IMG/VR virus record: IMGVR_UViG_3300031754_000001 | Coordinates: 75,584-139,583 of that record | Source: a virus | Direction: 5' to 3' (one strand) | Length of the DNA: 64,000 bases | Shown: piece after piece, positions 38,381-50,800 of the stretch | Layout: each line of letters begins with the position of its first letter | Numbering within the stretch: position 1 is the stretch's first letter | The notes under the pieces: model-generated | The model's database searches: none | What the model saw: the letters and a program-made list of their open reading frames with translations, nothing else | What the model was told of the DNA's origin: nothing | Made by a program: the position numbers and the translations under genes

Positions 38381-39163
38381 TCATACCGGGCTGTCACCCA
38401 GCAGGTCAGCAGCTTCGGACCGCCATTCGTCCATCTGGTCATCGGCCGGGTTATCCGGCGTGACTGTGCCAGCGCCCTTGCAGTTCTCGCAGTCCGGTGC
38501 GCTGGCCATCAGGTCATGGGTAGCCTTGCCGGTGCCCTCGCAGGATTCGCAATCCGTTTCCCCGGGCTCGGGCAGGTCCGGGACCACGGCGTTGCGGATC
38601 TCGTCAGCCCAGTCGCGCAGGCGCTCGGCGGCGTCCTTGAGATCCTGGGACTGCCCGGTCTCGTGCTGGAATCCCTCCTCCACGTTCTGGCCGGCCTCGT
38701 CCTTCTCGTCCGCGATCTCCTCGACCAGCCCGGCCGCGTCGGACAGCGCGTTCTCCACGTCCTCGGTGCAGGTGGCCGAGGAGATGTCCTCGCGGTAGAC
38801 GTGCTCGATCTCGGCCAGCCGAGCCCACAGCGCGCTGGTCAGTTCCCAGGGCTGCCAGCCGGGGCAGCTCGCGCAGCGGACCCGGCGCTGCCCGCCGTAC
38901 GGGCCGGACTTGGGCTGGACCCACTTGTACGGGTCACCGGGGTGTTCCGTGTTGCGCGGCCGGATGACTGCCTGGCAGCGCTCGCAGGTCTCCGGATCCA
39001 GCGGCTGGTTTTTATCAGCTGCGGTGATGGTCATGGTGACCGGCTGGCCGGTCTTGGTGGTCCGGGCAATCGGGGTGACTAGCGGCTCGCCGGTCGTCTC
39101 GTCCAGGACCGGTACGCGGGCGTAACGCGGCTGGGCGTGCCCGATGTGGTGAATTCTCGGCAT
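38381..39163 (-). CDS. zinc-finger/acidic coiled-coil protein
   Basis: Several CxxC pairs and a DnaJ-like CxxCxGxG repeat. Confidence 0.7.
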   Translation of the reverse strand: MPRIHHIGHAQPRYARVPVLDETTGEPLVTPIARTTKTGQPVTMTITAADKNQPLDPETCERCQAVIRPRNTEHPGDPYKWVQPKSGPYGGQRRVRCASCPGWQPWELTSALWARLAEIEHVYREDISSATCTEDVENALSDAAGLVEEIADEKDEAGQNVEEGFQHETGQSQDLKDAAERLRDWADEIRNAVVPDLPEPGETDCESCEGTGKATHDLMASAPDCENCKGAGTVTPDNPADDQMDEWRSEAADLLGDSPV

Positions 39164-39352
39164 CGTGATCTCCGGATCTTTGCTCTCAGGTTGTGCTGCA
39201 GGGCGGGCTATTCAGCTCGGCGGCCAGGATCTCGGCGTCACCCTCGTCCATCTCGTCCTGGCCGCCGTCCAGCTCCTCCCAGCGGAGCAGGTACCGGTCC
39301 CATACGCCGTGCCGGCCGTTCCGCTCGCGGATCTCGAACCGGGCGGTGCCGG

Positions 39353-40853
39353 TCATCGTGCTTCCTGCTTATCCAGGCCCAGCCGGAGCCGGTACACGTG
39401 CTCGATGTGGGCGACGTCGGCCCGGTAGCGGCGCGTCTCGGTCTCGATCCGGTCCAGGTGATCGTTCATCGCGTTCTGGAGCAGGACGTGACGTTCCTTC
39501 TCGGCCGCCTCGGCGGGGGTCAGGGGCAGGGCGTCATTCATGGCAGTCTCCGTTTTCAGGCCCCGTTGCAGGGCGGGTCATTCAGGCTCAGGCCGGGCCA
39601 GGACACCTGCTCGCGGACCCGGCGTCTCCGTCCGGCCAGTCCGGTGATCCCGGCGGCGGGCTCGGGCGGCGGCGGCGGGACGGCCGGGAGCAGTTCCGCG
39701 CCCGAGCGGAAGGTCTCCCGGCCATCGGCGTACTCCCGGACCGTCCTGGTCACGCGCCCGTCCGTCCGGGTGATCACCTGGGTGAAACCGCCGGCGGACA
39801 GCTGGACGGCGCGCTGGAGGGCGCCGTGCTTCCCGCACAGGCCGTCCAGGGTGGCCGGGAAGTACTCCGGCTCGCCCTGGCCGGGAGTGACCGCGTAGAA
39901 GCTACCCAGCCGGGTGACGGATGCGGTCATGACCAGCAGCCTCCTCGCGGGTTTCCGGCCGGATTTCAGCTGGCGGGTCGCAGGCCTTGCTCAGCTCCCG
40001 GTGGATCGTGACGAACTCGGAGTGCAGGGATCTCAGCGCCGGGTTCAGGTCGGCCCACAGGCCGAGCTGGCGGACCAGGTATTCCAGCCTGGACAGGGGC
40101 GGGCGGGTTCGCTGCAGCTCATTCGCATGACCGTAGCTGGTCATGTCAGTCCACCTCCGGGTTGGCGATTCCGTATACGTCCACCTGGTTGTCGCTGGTT
40201 GTGCCCGTTTCCGCCGGGCGGGCGCAGTCCTGGTTATGCCTGGCGGCCCGGATGCCGTTAGCCAGCGCGGTCTCGGAGGAGCCCCACATGTACCTGGATG
40301 CGTGCTCGCGCTTGTCCGGGCCGGTCAGGATGTAGCGCCACGTCTGCCGTCCGTCCGGGGCCTGCTGCGTGTCCAGCTCGTACCCGCGTGGCAGGCCGGG
40401 GATGGCGGGCCGTTCCTGGCCGTCCAGCAGGATCGCCAGCGCGGTCAGGACGTGCGCGATCGCCGACTGCGCCAGCCCGTGGTAAGCCGCCTCGCCGGGT
40501 GCGCGGGAGCGCAGGGTGCGCAGGTCAGCCTGCGCCTGCGTGATGTGCTGGGCGATGGTCACGGTCTCGGTCATTGGTCAGTTCTCCTTGCTTGTGCCCG
40601 CGCGGCCGGTCATCGGTTATCTTCCGCCGCGCAGGGTCCGGCGCTCATCTTCGCGGATTTCCCGCTCCCGGACCTTCTCGCGGACTTTGCGGTAGACGTT
40701 GTTGAGCGCCATGGTGGTCAGCCCCCACCCGCCGACCAGCAGCCACGTCGGCAGCGAGTTGTCCGGGGCCAGTGCCGCGCCGGCGAGAACCAGCCCGATC
40801 CCGGCCAGGATCAGGAGGCTCGTCCAGCCGGTGAGTTTTCCGTTGTCGTTCAT
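39353..40853 (-). other. small genes (39353-39541, 39556-39930, 39902-40144, 40146-40574 YegP/DUF1508-like C-terminus, 40617-40853 TM)
   Basis: Contiguous leftward ORFs; WRYILTG...AS...A..GI in 40146-40574. Confidence 0.55.
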
Positions 40854-40854
40854 G

Positions 40855-41859
40855 TCAGTGCTCCTCGTCATTATCGTCTTCTGGTTCGGCGTAGCCCTGG
40901 TCCCGCAGGTACGCCAGCACCTCGTCCCAGTTCTGGGTCAGGGCGCGGAGCTGCGCTTTCTCCCGTTCTTCGCGATCCAGCCGGGCCTGGCGCAGGGCCA
41001 GGTCCACGTGCCCCCGGATGGCCTCGTCTACCAGGGCGTCCAGCGCGGCGGGTTCGATCGCGTCCAGCTCCCAGCACCGGGCCTCGCCGGGCTCGTCCAC
41101 GTCCGGGTCGTGGAACCGGTCGATGTAGTCGGCGGCCCGGCTGTCGGTGATCTTGGCCGGGCTCGGCGGCGGGTTCAGCGCGAGCACCTGGTCCATGTTC
41201 AGCGCGATCCGGTCCACCGTCACGACGGCCCGGAACATCGCCAGCCGGTCCTCGATGTCCCGGGTCATGTCCAGCCCGGACGGGTCATGGTCGCCCAGGT
41301 GGATGATCGTGCACTTGCGGCCGTCCCGGGTCCGGCGGCGCAGCCGCAGTGCGGCGTCGTGCATCGCGGACTGGGAGACGTAGCCCTTGCAGGCGAACGT
41401 GGTCACGTCCCAGCGGCTAGCCGGGCGGCTGATGACTTCGGCCAGGGCTTCCTTCTCCACCCACGCCTCGACGTACTCGGGCTGGCCGTCCCAGTGCGTG
41501 ATGCCGTACTGGTCCGCGCTGGACTCCACGATGTCGCGCGGGCTGTCCCAGCCGGAGTCCCCGCCCGCCGGCCGGCGCCCGCGGTCGGTGAGGTGGCTCC
41601 AGTCGATCATCCCGGCGATCCGCCCGTTGGACACCAGGTCCCCGAGCCATTTGTAGTTCCGCTCGGTGTTCTTGGTGCCGGACACCGGGTCGGCCCGGCT
41701 GTCCGGGAAGGCATCCGTGGCGATGAAACGGTAATAAAGCTGCCTGAGTGTCAGCTGGTAACCCTGGTTCGCGTAGTCCTGGCAGATCCGCTCGGCCTCG
41801 GTGACGACATCACGGGCAGCGGCGGTGAACGTGCGCGGTTCGTACAGGACTTTGCTCAT
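40855..41859 (-). CDS. Spo11/TopoVI-A-like wHTH-TOPRIM protein
   Basis: LTLRQLYY, EAWVEKEAL, GDHDPSG, WELDA. Confidence 0.8.
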   Translation of the reverse strand: MSKVLYEPRTFTAAARDVVTEAERICQDYANQGYQLTLRQLYYRFIATDAFPDSRADPVSGTKNTERNYKWLGDLVSNGRIAGMIDWSHLTDRGRRPAGGDSGWDSPRDIVESSADQYGITHWDGQPEYVEAWVEKEALAEVISRPASRWDVTTFACKGYVSQSAMHDAALRLRRRTRDGRKCTIIHLGDHDPSGLDMTRDIEDRLAMFRAVVTVDRIALNMDQVLALNPPPSPAKITDSRAADYIDRFHDPDVDEPGEARCWELDAIEPAALDALVDEAIRGHVDLALRQARLDREEREKAQLRALTQNWDEVLAYLRDQGYAEPEDDNDEEH

Positions 41860-44800
41860 GTGTTTCTCCTGGTATCAGCCGGGGCCTGGTCGGGCAGCGT
41901 ATCCACGTAGGCTGCCTTGGTGCGCCAGCATCGCCCGCAGGTGCCGCATTCCACCAGCGAGTAATCGCTGTACGTCCAGTGGTAGCCGTTGAAGGCCGAG
42001 AAGTTGCATTTGCGGTTCACGACTGTCCAGGCGGCCCGGTGCTCGCGCATGCAGGTCACCGTGCGCTCGCGCTCCCGGGCGGACTGGCCGTACTGCGTCG
42101 GGAACGAGGCTGCCGGGATGAAGTGCGTCACGGGGCATCGTCTCCGTACCGGAGCCACCGGGCTATCTCGGCCGGGCTGCGCTGGGACATGCCCGCTGCA
42201 TCGCAGGTGATCCCCAGTGTGCGGATCAGTTCAGCCAGCCGGCGGGTCATGGCGGTCAGTTCCGGGGCCGGGTCCCGGCTCGTGGGCGCAGGCGGCGCGA
42301 ACCGGGCCAGGATGCCGGCCTTCGACGGGCCGGCGCCCGGTCCCTGGCGGATCTGGTCGCGCAGTGCGCGCAGTGCGGCCTGGGCCTGGATGATCCGCGT
42401 CACGATGTGATCCGGGCTGTTCAGGCCTTCCAGGATCATGCCGAGGGCCGTGTAGACGTCCGGCTGGTTCCGGTAGTCCAGTTCGGCGCGCAGGTTTGCG
42501 CTGGATGCGTTGACGACGGTGATGTCCGGGCTTACCGGGCTCTGCATGCCATCTGACCGGATTTCCCGGCTGATCACGTCTGGTTCCGGCCGGCCGGAAG
42601 TTCCGGGCTGGCCGGACAGTACCGCCGCGTCCAGGGCCTGGAGCCGGGTCAGGTCCCCGGCAGGGACGATCGCGGCGACGGTCCGGCCGCCGGATACGAC
42701 TGCGGTGCGCTGGTCCTGATCGGAAGCCAGGTCCAGTGCACCCTCCAGTTCCTCCAGGCGGATCTCGCTGTCGCTGATATCGGCGTTCAGGGTACGGATG
42801 CGGTCAGTCACCGGGTGTCTCCTCATCGATGTCGTTCTGGCTTGCGCCGTAGCGCGGGTACGGATCCTGGCCGCCTAGGTCATTCACCTGGTGTCCCATG
42901 ACCGCGTAGCTGATCGTCAGCCGGAGCAGCCAGTCTGCGGCAGGTTCGCCCGGCTCGCGGACTGCCCAGGCAGGCAGCTGGCCCGGGGCAGGTTCGCCGC
43001 AGGCCCGGACGGCCCGGTACGCTGGCTCCGCCCTGATCGCGGTGGTCACGGTGTCCTCCTGGGGCGGCAGCTGGCGCTGCTGCGGTACCCGGCAGGATCC
43101 CGGGCCGGACGGCGGGCGGCGGCGGGTCCTGGTGCTGGTTCTGGTGCCGGGGCGGGTGCGGCCGGCTCTGGCGCCGGGGCAGCCAGCGCGGCCGGCACCT
43201 GGCCGTCGCCGAACTGGGCGAGGACCCGCTTCCGGGACACGAGGCCCGCGGTTACCGCGACTGCTGCCCGGTCCGCGTGGATGAGCAGCGGCGGGTCCCG
43301 GTCCAGGCAGACCATCTCGGTCCAGGCCGGGTGATCCCGGTCGCAGCCGGTCCCGGCCCCGGCCTCGCAGACCGGGCAGGACGGCGAGAGCAGCCCCCGG
43401 ACCAGGCTGGCCCGCTGGCGCTCCCGGGCAGCGGCCTGCCAGCCGGGCGGCTGTTCCAGCCCGGTCAGCCGGGCGAGAAACCCCATGTCAGGTCTCCTGT
43501 TCCGCGGCGGCGGCCCGCGTGCACGGGCATTCGCCGTCGCATGAGATGATCGCGGCGGTCAGGGCAGCGGTGAATTCCGGCTGCATTGCCGCCAGCAGCT
43601 CGCGGACGATTGCGCAGTTACGCTCAGCCTGGCTGGCCGAGTCCGGGTAAGGGTGGCAATTCGGCCATTCGCCGAAGCAACGGGTTGAGCGCCCGTGATG
43701 CTGACAGCCGGTATCGGCGTCGCCGTCCGTGGCACGGTAACGGATTTCGTGTTCGCGTGTGCAGATTTCCCTGACCGTGCGGGGCTGGTGATCCTGGCTC
43801 ATTGGCAGTGGCTCCAGGGTTATCGGGTCTTACCGTTCCGGGCGCGGGAGTTCAGGCCCGGAACAGATAATGCAGGCGATCGCCCAGATCGCCAGGACTA
43901 TCGCGCCGGGCGCGGGCAGGACGCAGGCGGCGAGCAGGCTGACGGGGATCATGATGGGCGCTTTCGCACGGAGCTGAGGAACACGCTCACGCGCCGGCCG
44001 CTGGTTGAGAGCACGATGGCGTCACCGGACCGGTTCGGGTCGCCCGGGTTATCCACCGGGCTTTCGTAGGTGCCGTTGAACCAGCGCTGCTTCCCCAGTT
44101 CCTGGAACTGCACGGGCTCGCCCGGGACGAGCGGGATCAGCTGGTTCTCCAGGTCGCGGAACACGCTTTCGTCCAGTCGTCCTGATGGTCCCCAGCGTGC
44201 GCGGATCTTACCCAGGATGCGCAGTACTTCAGCGTGACTGATGCGGGTGCCTTCGGGCTTTTTCGCGATGCCAGGGCAGTTGAGGGTCAGTCCGCCGATG
44301 GGTGAGTGGAAGTGCTGGTCGTGCGGCCAGGTCATCCAGCAGTTGGGGGGTTCGCAGGCCTGCCGGTTTACTCCGGCGTTACCGGGACTTGGCATGTCAG
44401 TTCTTCCTGGCCCGGTCGTTGCGGTGCAGGATGGCGAGGGTGGCGTTCAGCATTTCGGCGGCCTGTGCCCAGTCGCCGGGGATATGCGTGATGGTGCGCG
44501 CGATCTGCTCCAGCGCCTCGCCGTCGTCCAGGTAGTCATCAGGCAGCGGCTCGAAGTCCTTCCCGAGTGTGTGGTACCGGACCGGGGTGGGCCGTGGCGA
44601 GAACTGGTCATCCATGGTCACGTCCACCCCGGACTGGGGCGGGAAGAATTCGTCGCCCGGGTGCTGCCAGGTGCCGGTGACACGCCCGGTTGTCCGGCTG
44701 TCCTGGCGGCGTACTCGTTGCCCAACGTTAAATCTCGGTTCGGTGGTCTTGTCGGTCATGATCGCGGTTCTCCCTGTTCGCAGTGCCCTGCTTGATCACC

Positions 44801-47800
44801 TGGTGTTCGCGAGGGCGGAGATCGCCGGGAAACGCTGCGGTCAGTCCACCCGTTCCGGTAGGCCGTGTGGACAGCCTGGGCAATTCCCTGCGCGCCCGGG
44901 TTCGCGGCGGCGGTCGCCTGCCACACCGGGTCAGAGCCCCCGGTTTCGACAATGGTGGGGATTGCGTTGCCGGGTCCGTAGTAGGCCCATGGCCCGCGCC
45001 CGTCTTCGTCCGGGCCGGCTGTGTCGTAGTGCACGCTGATGATCAGCTGGCCGTCCCGGGCGTAGGCGTACACCTGGATGCCGCCGTTGCCGTCTTCGTC
45101 GCCGGCCAGCACGATGCAGGGCAGCGCCTCGGCGTCATTGTTCCCGGTGGCCGGCTGGTACGGCAGGAACATCGCGTACTGGTTGATCTGCTTGTCGGTC
45201 AGGGTTCGGGCGGGGGCGTGCGCGTCAGTCATGATCGTGGCTCTCCTGTCTGGGATGTTCCGACTGGTCGGAAGGTCAGGGACTTGCGAGCCGGAACCGG
45301 GCCATCAGGCTGGCCGGCACGATCGCGGCTGGCGTCAGGCCTGCCTCGGTTCGGAACCAGATAATCATCCCGGACCCGATGACCTGGGCGATGTCGTAGT
45401 TCTGGCTGAATAGCCAGCTGAGCTGTTCGCCCGGCGGCAGGTCGGCCAGGCCGGGCGGCGGCAGGTCGCTGATCGCGACGGGGTGCCCGGCGGCGTAAAG
45501 CTGCCTGTTCAGTGCCGTGAACTCCTTGTTGGTCATGTCAGGCCCGGTGGCAGGCGTGGCCTTGGCCATTTCCGTGTAGCGGCGTACTGCGCGGGCCAGC
45601 GCGCGGGCCGCCGCGATCTCCTCGGCGGTCGTGCCCTCGATGGCGGCCTGGTCGAATGCGCTGAGTGCGCCGGACAGCGAGCCGGCAGCTGCGCCGTGCA
45701 CGGTCCCGGTGTCGATATCACGGAAGGCCGAGGCCAGCCGTTCAGAGGCGTCCCGGAGTTCGCCTGGGTCCAGGTCGGTGTCCAGGATCAGCGCTGCCTG
45801 ATCGCGCATGTGCGTCCAGGCATCGTCGCGGGTGACGTCGTTCATGATCGTTTCTCCTGATCGTCGGCCTGCACGGCGGTGACGGTGATCCGCCAGCGGA
45901 GCCGGCCCTTGGTTTCGTCCAGCACGGCGTCCCAGTCGGCGGTGATCAGGCCGGCTGCCTCCAGCGCCGTGATCTGGCTTGCGGCGCGGTAGTTGTACGT
46001 GCGTGGTCCTTCAGCGCGTACCCGGTCCAGCATCCGCTGCTGGGCTGGGGTGAGCTGGGTGGTCATGTCAGTCGTCCTTCCCGTCCCAGGCCAGCCAGTC
46101 GGTGCCCGAGGCAATTAGCCCGGACAGCTCACGGCGGCTGATGTTGTCTGCGATCGTGAGCCGGGTGGCAGGCTTTTCGTCTAGCCAGATCTGGCTCCGG
46201 CCGTCTCGCCGCTGCAGGTGGATTACGGTATCCAGGCGGAATTCCTGCGGCAGTTCGCCGTCGCTGGTGTTTACGGGCTGCCATTCCAGCTCGCGGTGGG
46301 TGCGGTGCTGGACAGCCATTGTCAGCCTTCCTCGCAGGTAATGTCCCGGCTCTCCAGGCGATGGAGCATGTTCGCCACCTGGGAGTACGCCTTGATGTTC
46401 TCGGGTCCTATCTGCAGGGCCGGGATCGCGCCCAGCAGGTCAGCCAGCTCGCGGTACCGGAGGACTACCCGGGCTTCGCGGCCGGTGCCGAGACCGGGGC
46501 CGGTGACATCGGTGAGCGTGGCGAACAACTGGAATGCGTGCTGGCCGTCAGGACGGCCGACGATTACCTGCGCCAGGGTTTTCGCGACGACCGGCTGTTT
46601 GCGGGTGCTCATGATGCTGTCTCCTGCCTATGTTCTGACTGGTCGGAAAGTCAGAGACCGGGATGTATCGGGCAGGGCAGCTCGTTCTGGCGCTCTCCCG
46701 GCTGGATGATGATCTCGCTGGGCTCCAGCGTGAGGATGTACTCAGCGAGTCCTCCGACGTGATCAGACGATGCGATGAGGCTGTCATCGCCGTAAGCGCC
46801 CGTGATGCCGTCGCCGCTGAACGCAGACCAGCCCCAGCGGGTGCGGCGGATGACCACGGCGTCCGGGGAGAAGGCGCGATCGGGTCCTGATGTCATGTCA
46901 GCTTCCCAGGTAACGGGTTTGTCGCCGAACCCGCGCGCCAGCTCGGCCTGTTGCGTTTCGGTTAGCTTCACGTGCGGGGAGTGGTGCTGGTATGGCGCTT
47001 TCATGATTGCGAGCCCTCGCGTTCGGTTTGCAGTTCAGTCAGGATGGCGGTGACCAGTTCTTCCGCTTCGGTGTCCGCCGGGGTTTCCGGCCGCTGGAGC
47101 GTGGTGACCCGGCCGGTCCGCCCGTGCTCGTCGTGCGGGTAGTGACTGTGGTTCCAGTCAGGCCGGGTCATGCTGTCCGGGGTCATGTACCGCTCGGGCA
47201 GTGCCAGGAACCACCGGCTGGCCGTGGCGGTCTGCCAGGACCAGATGAGTTCATGCGTCATGCAGATCGCCGCAGTGCGGCCGATTCCGAGCAGCCGGTG
47301 CTCCTCGTCCAGCCGGTCGTGCTGCGCCTGGCAGTTTGCGTGCCAGCGGTCCATCTCAGCCTGGCGCTCGGCGCGGGTCATGCCCTCGGTGATGACCGGC
47401 TCAGCGATCTGGCGGTTCAGTTGCGCCCGCCGGCTTTTCACGGTCATGTGCTCTCGTTACGGACTGTGGCCTGACTGTCTGCCCTGCGCCGCCTGGGCCG
47501 CGCGGAGACGGGTTCCTGGCCGAGCGCCACCCGGCGGAATAGCACCGGGTCGAAGATGTACGGCTGTCGCGAGCCTGAATCCTTGCTGTCCTGGGTGAAC
47601 TCGGCGGTGAACGCGGAGATGAGCCGGTTCAGGGCCGGGTTCAGGCCGTTCGCGGATCGCTCGGCCGCCAGGATCGCGGCGACGGCGCGGAAATGCTGCT
47701 GGGTCCAGCGGCGGCTCTGTCGTGCGGGCATGTCTCAGCCCTCCTGTCCGGGGGTCTTGGTGATGCGCCTGGCCAGTTCGTCCTGGATCTTGCGGGGAGG

Positions 47801-50800
47801 GATGAGCCGGGGTACGCGGTGCAGCAGATCCATGGGCGGGGCGAACTCGCTGCCGGATTCACTCCGGTGCCCGAACCGCATGATGCCGGGTCGCAGATCG
47901 CAGTCGTAGCTGTCATTGTTGCGGAACTGGCCGCGCGTGATCAGGCAGACACCGCCCATCGACCAGACGTGATCACCTTCGGCGATGTCCGCCCAGGTGA
48001 CCAGCTCGAATAGCTCGGGCACGGATGTCCAGGCCGGGCTGTCCCCGCGCGCCTCCAGCTCAGCCCGGCCCGCGTCAGTCAGCCGGTACGCGGCGCTGCC
48101 CGGCACGGGCTCGATCAGCCCGGCGTCTGCCAGGGTCGCGACTTCGGGCATCAGGGCGGTGGCGTCCCAGATTTTCGGCCCGCTGGCGTAGCTGCGGAGC
48201 AGGTCCGTATTCTGTCGTGCGGGCATTTTCTTAGCCCTCCTGTTCCGGGGTCGTGATGGAGGCTGCCCACTCGCGCATCCGGCGCAATTCCCCGGCCGTG
48301 TCCGCGGTGTGCTCGTAGGCTTTCAGGTAGGCGGACCGGACGTCGTGCTCAGCGGACCGGGCGGCAGCCAGCTTGGCTTCCAGCTGGGTGATGCGAGCCT
48401 GGGCGGCGGGCAGTGGTTCCAGGATGGTGACGCAGCTGACGTGCGCGGATTCGCTGCCGTCGTCCAGGCAGAGGAACAGGTCCCATTCCCCGATTGGCTT
48501 ACCGCAGTCGGTGCAGTCGTCCAGGCTCTCGCGGGGCTCGGTGTACGACGTCCGGGTCCATGCGATGTCCTGGAGAGGCTCGGTGCAGGTGCCGTCATCG
48601 TTCCTGGTCAGGATAATCATGAGGGTTTTTCCGATCGGTCGGAGGTTTCCGGGCGGCGGCTGTCCGTGGCGTGGCCGTCCGGGTGCGTGGTGACCGCGAA
48701 GTACCGGCCGTTGCGTAGCCAGCGCATCCGGTAGGCGGTCATTTTCCCGGTTTCGCTCACGGGGAACAGGGCAGGCCGGACGGCCAGCGACTCATCTTCG
48801 CGGTCCAGGATGAACAGCTCGATCTGGTCCCGGGTTTGCCGTATGACGGCGGCCGGGAAAGCGCAGGGCATGGTGGCCTCCTAGATTCCAGTGTATCATG
48901 CTGTATACATATCGCACAACTCCGGGCATGCCCGCTGGAGTATAATCCCAGGTCAGGAGCCGGTAGGTTGTGCCGTTACTATGTGTCGTTCGGCGGAATC
49001 CGCACGGCATCCCAGGTGGTTAGCCAGTCACGCCGGGCCTGGCCGCGCCCGTAGGCGGTCTTCACAGGATGCGTGTCCCGGCGTCCGGCCGGCATCCCGC
49101 GCCAGGCCCGGCGCTGGCTCTTGCGCCAGCACCGGGTCCGCCCGGCGGGCCGCATGTCAGGTCCCTTCCGCGTCAGGGGGCAGTACGGCCACGGCGTCCG
49201 AGAACGTCTCCATCTCGGCGTTGTCACTGTCGCGGATGACGGTGATATGGCGGTAAGCGCAACCGGGGTATGGCGGCTCGATCAGCTGGACAGTGCCTGT
49301 GTACCTGGCACCGTCCCACCAGGCTTCGACGCGGGTGCCAACGGCCAGCGGGCGCTTGTTCATGTCGGCGGGCTGCATGTCAGTACTCCGGTGGGCACGG
49401 GTGCCCGTTCAGGTAGGCCGTCCTGGCTCCCGTGTGGAATGGCGGCTCGCCGGGCGTGGACCCGTAGTAGCCCACGGTGTCGGCCATGTCCAGCCAGTAG
49501 CCCGTGATTCCCTGGGTGCGGTCCGGGTTCTCGGCCAGCCGGTTGCACGTCCAGGCCTTCCCGGTGGCCTTGAAGGTGACGATCCGGCCGTTGCGCCGGT
49601 TCAGCGCGACATCGGTCACCCAGAAGTCTCCTCCGGCCAGCCGGTCGGCGAACTGGCGGGCGTAGGCGTGGCACGGGAACTCGGCGGTGAATTCCCCGCG
49701 GCGCGCGGCGGCGACCTGCCCGGCGGTCGGTATTCCGGTGGTCATGATCGTGCTTCCTGTTCGTGAGATCTTTTGCCAGTTTTGGTAGTTACCTGGCCGG
49801 CGCGAAGGTCCATGACGATCTCCAGCAGTCTCCTGCCGATGACCGTAGATGTCGTTTTGTCCCATTCCAGCAGGCGGCTAGCTAGATACTCACTCGCGCT
49901 CTCGGTGCGCGGCGTACCATGTTCGCCATGCTGGATCTGGTACAGGGCGGAAGCGTCGGACCAGTAATGTTCGGGCATAATCGTGGTCCTTTCAGGTCAT
50001 CCGGGTTTCAGGCGCATCGGTGGTTACGCCAAGGATGTCCGCGACGATCTCGCGGATGCGGTAGAGCGCGTCGTGCTCGGCATCATTGGAGTCACCGCCC
50101 AGCGCCTCGTCCGCTTCGGCTAGCGCGGTGCAGAGCGCGTCCCGGGCGTCGGTCAGCGGCTCGGTGAAGGTCTGGTAGTCCTCCGCGGGTACGCTTTCGT
50201 CGTCGGGGCTGGCGCCTGCGAATGACGCTTTGCCGCGCGGCGTGACGACCGTCAGCTCGTAGGTGAGGCCGGGCGGGTCGTCTATGCCCTCGTCTACGGT
50301 GTTGTCGCGGACGTTGAATTCCATCAACCCCTCGGCGGCGCGGCGCGCGGTGAGGTAGTCAGGTGCTCCGATGTGGAATGTGGCGACAGCCACGATGTCG
50401 AATGTATACTCAGGCATGATCGTGTGTTTCCTGTCTCAGGTGCGGTTGCCGATGGCCAGCAGCGCGCCGCGCAGCGAGTGCGTGACGGTGATGTACCGGC
50501 CCCGGCTGTCATAGGCCTCGTAGGGCTGGGCGGCCTCGTTCCCAGGCATGATCTCGGATGGCTCGCCGCCGGCGTCGGCCCGGTTGTCGGTGATGTAACC
50601 CAGCGGGTGCGTGCTGCCGGCCGTGACGGCGATCCAGTCGGCTTGCACGGGCGCGGTGCTGCCTGGTACGCGGGCCGCGAACTCGGCGCGGGGCATGGCT
50701 TCCATCAGGCCGGCTCGCATGTGCTGGTAAGTGATTGGCATGATCATGGTCCTTTCAGGTGTTCCGGTTGGCCGGAAAGCCTCAGTGCTCGTACGGGTCT

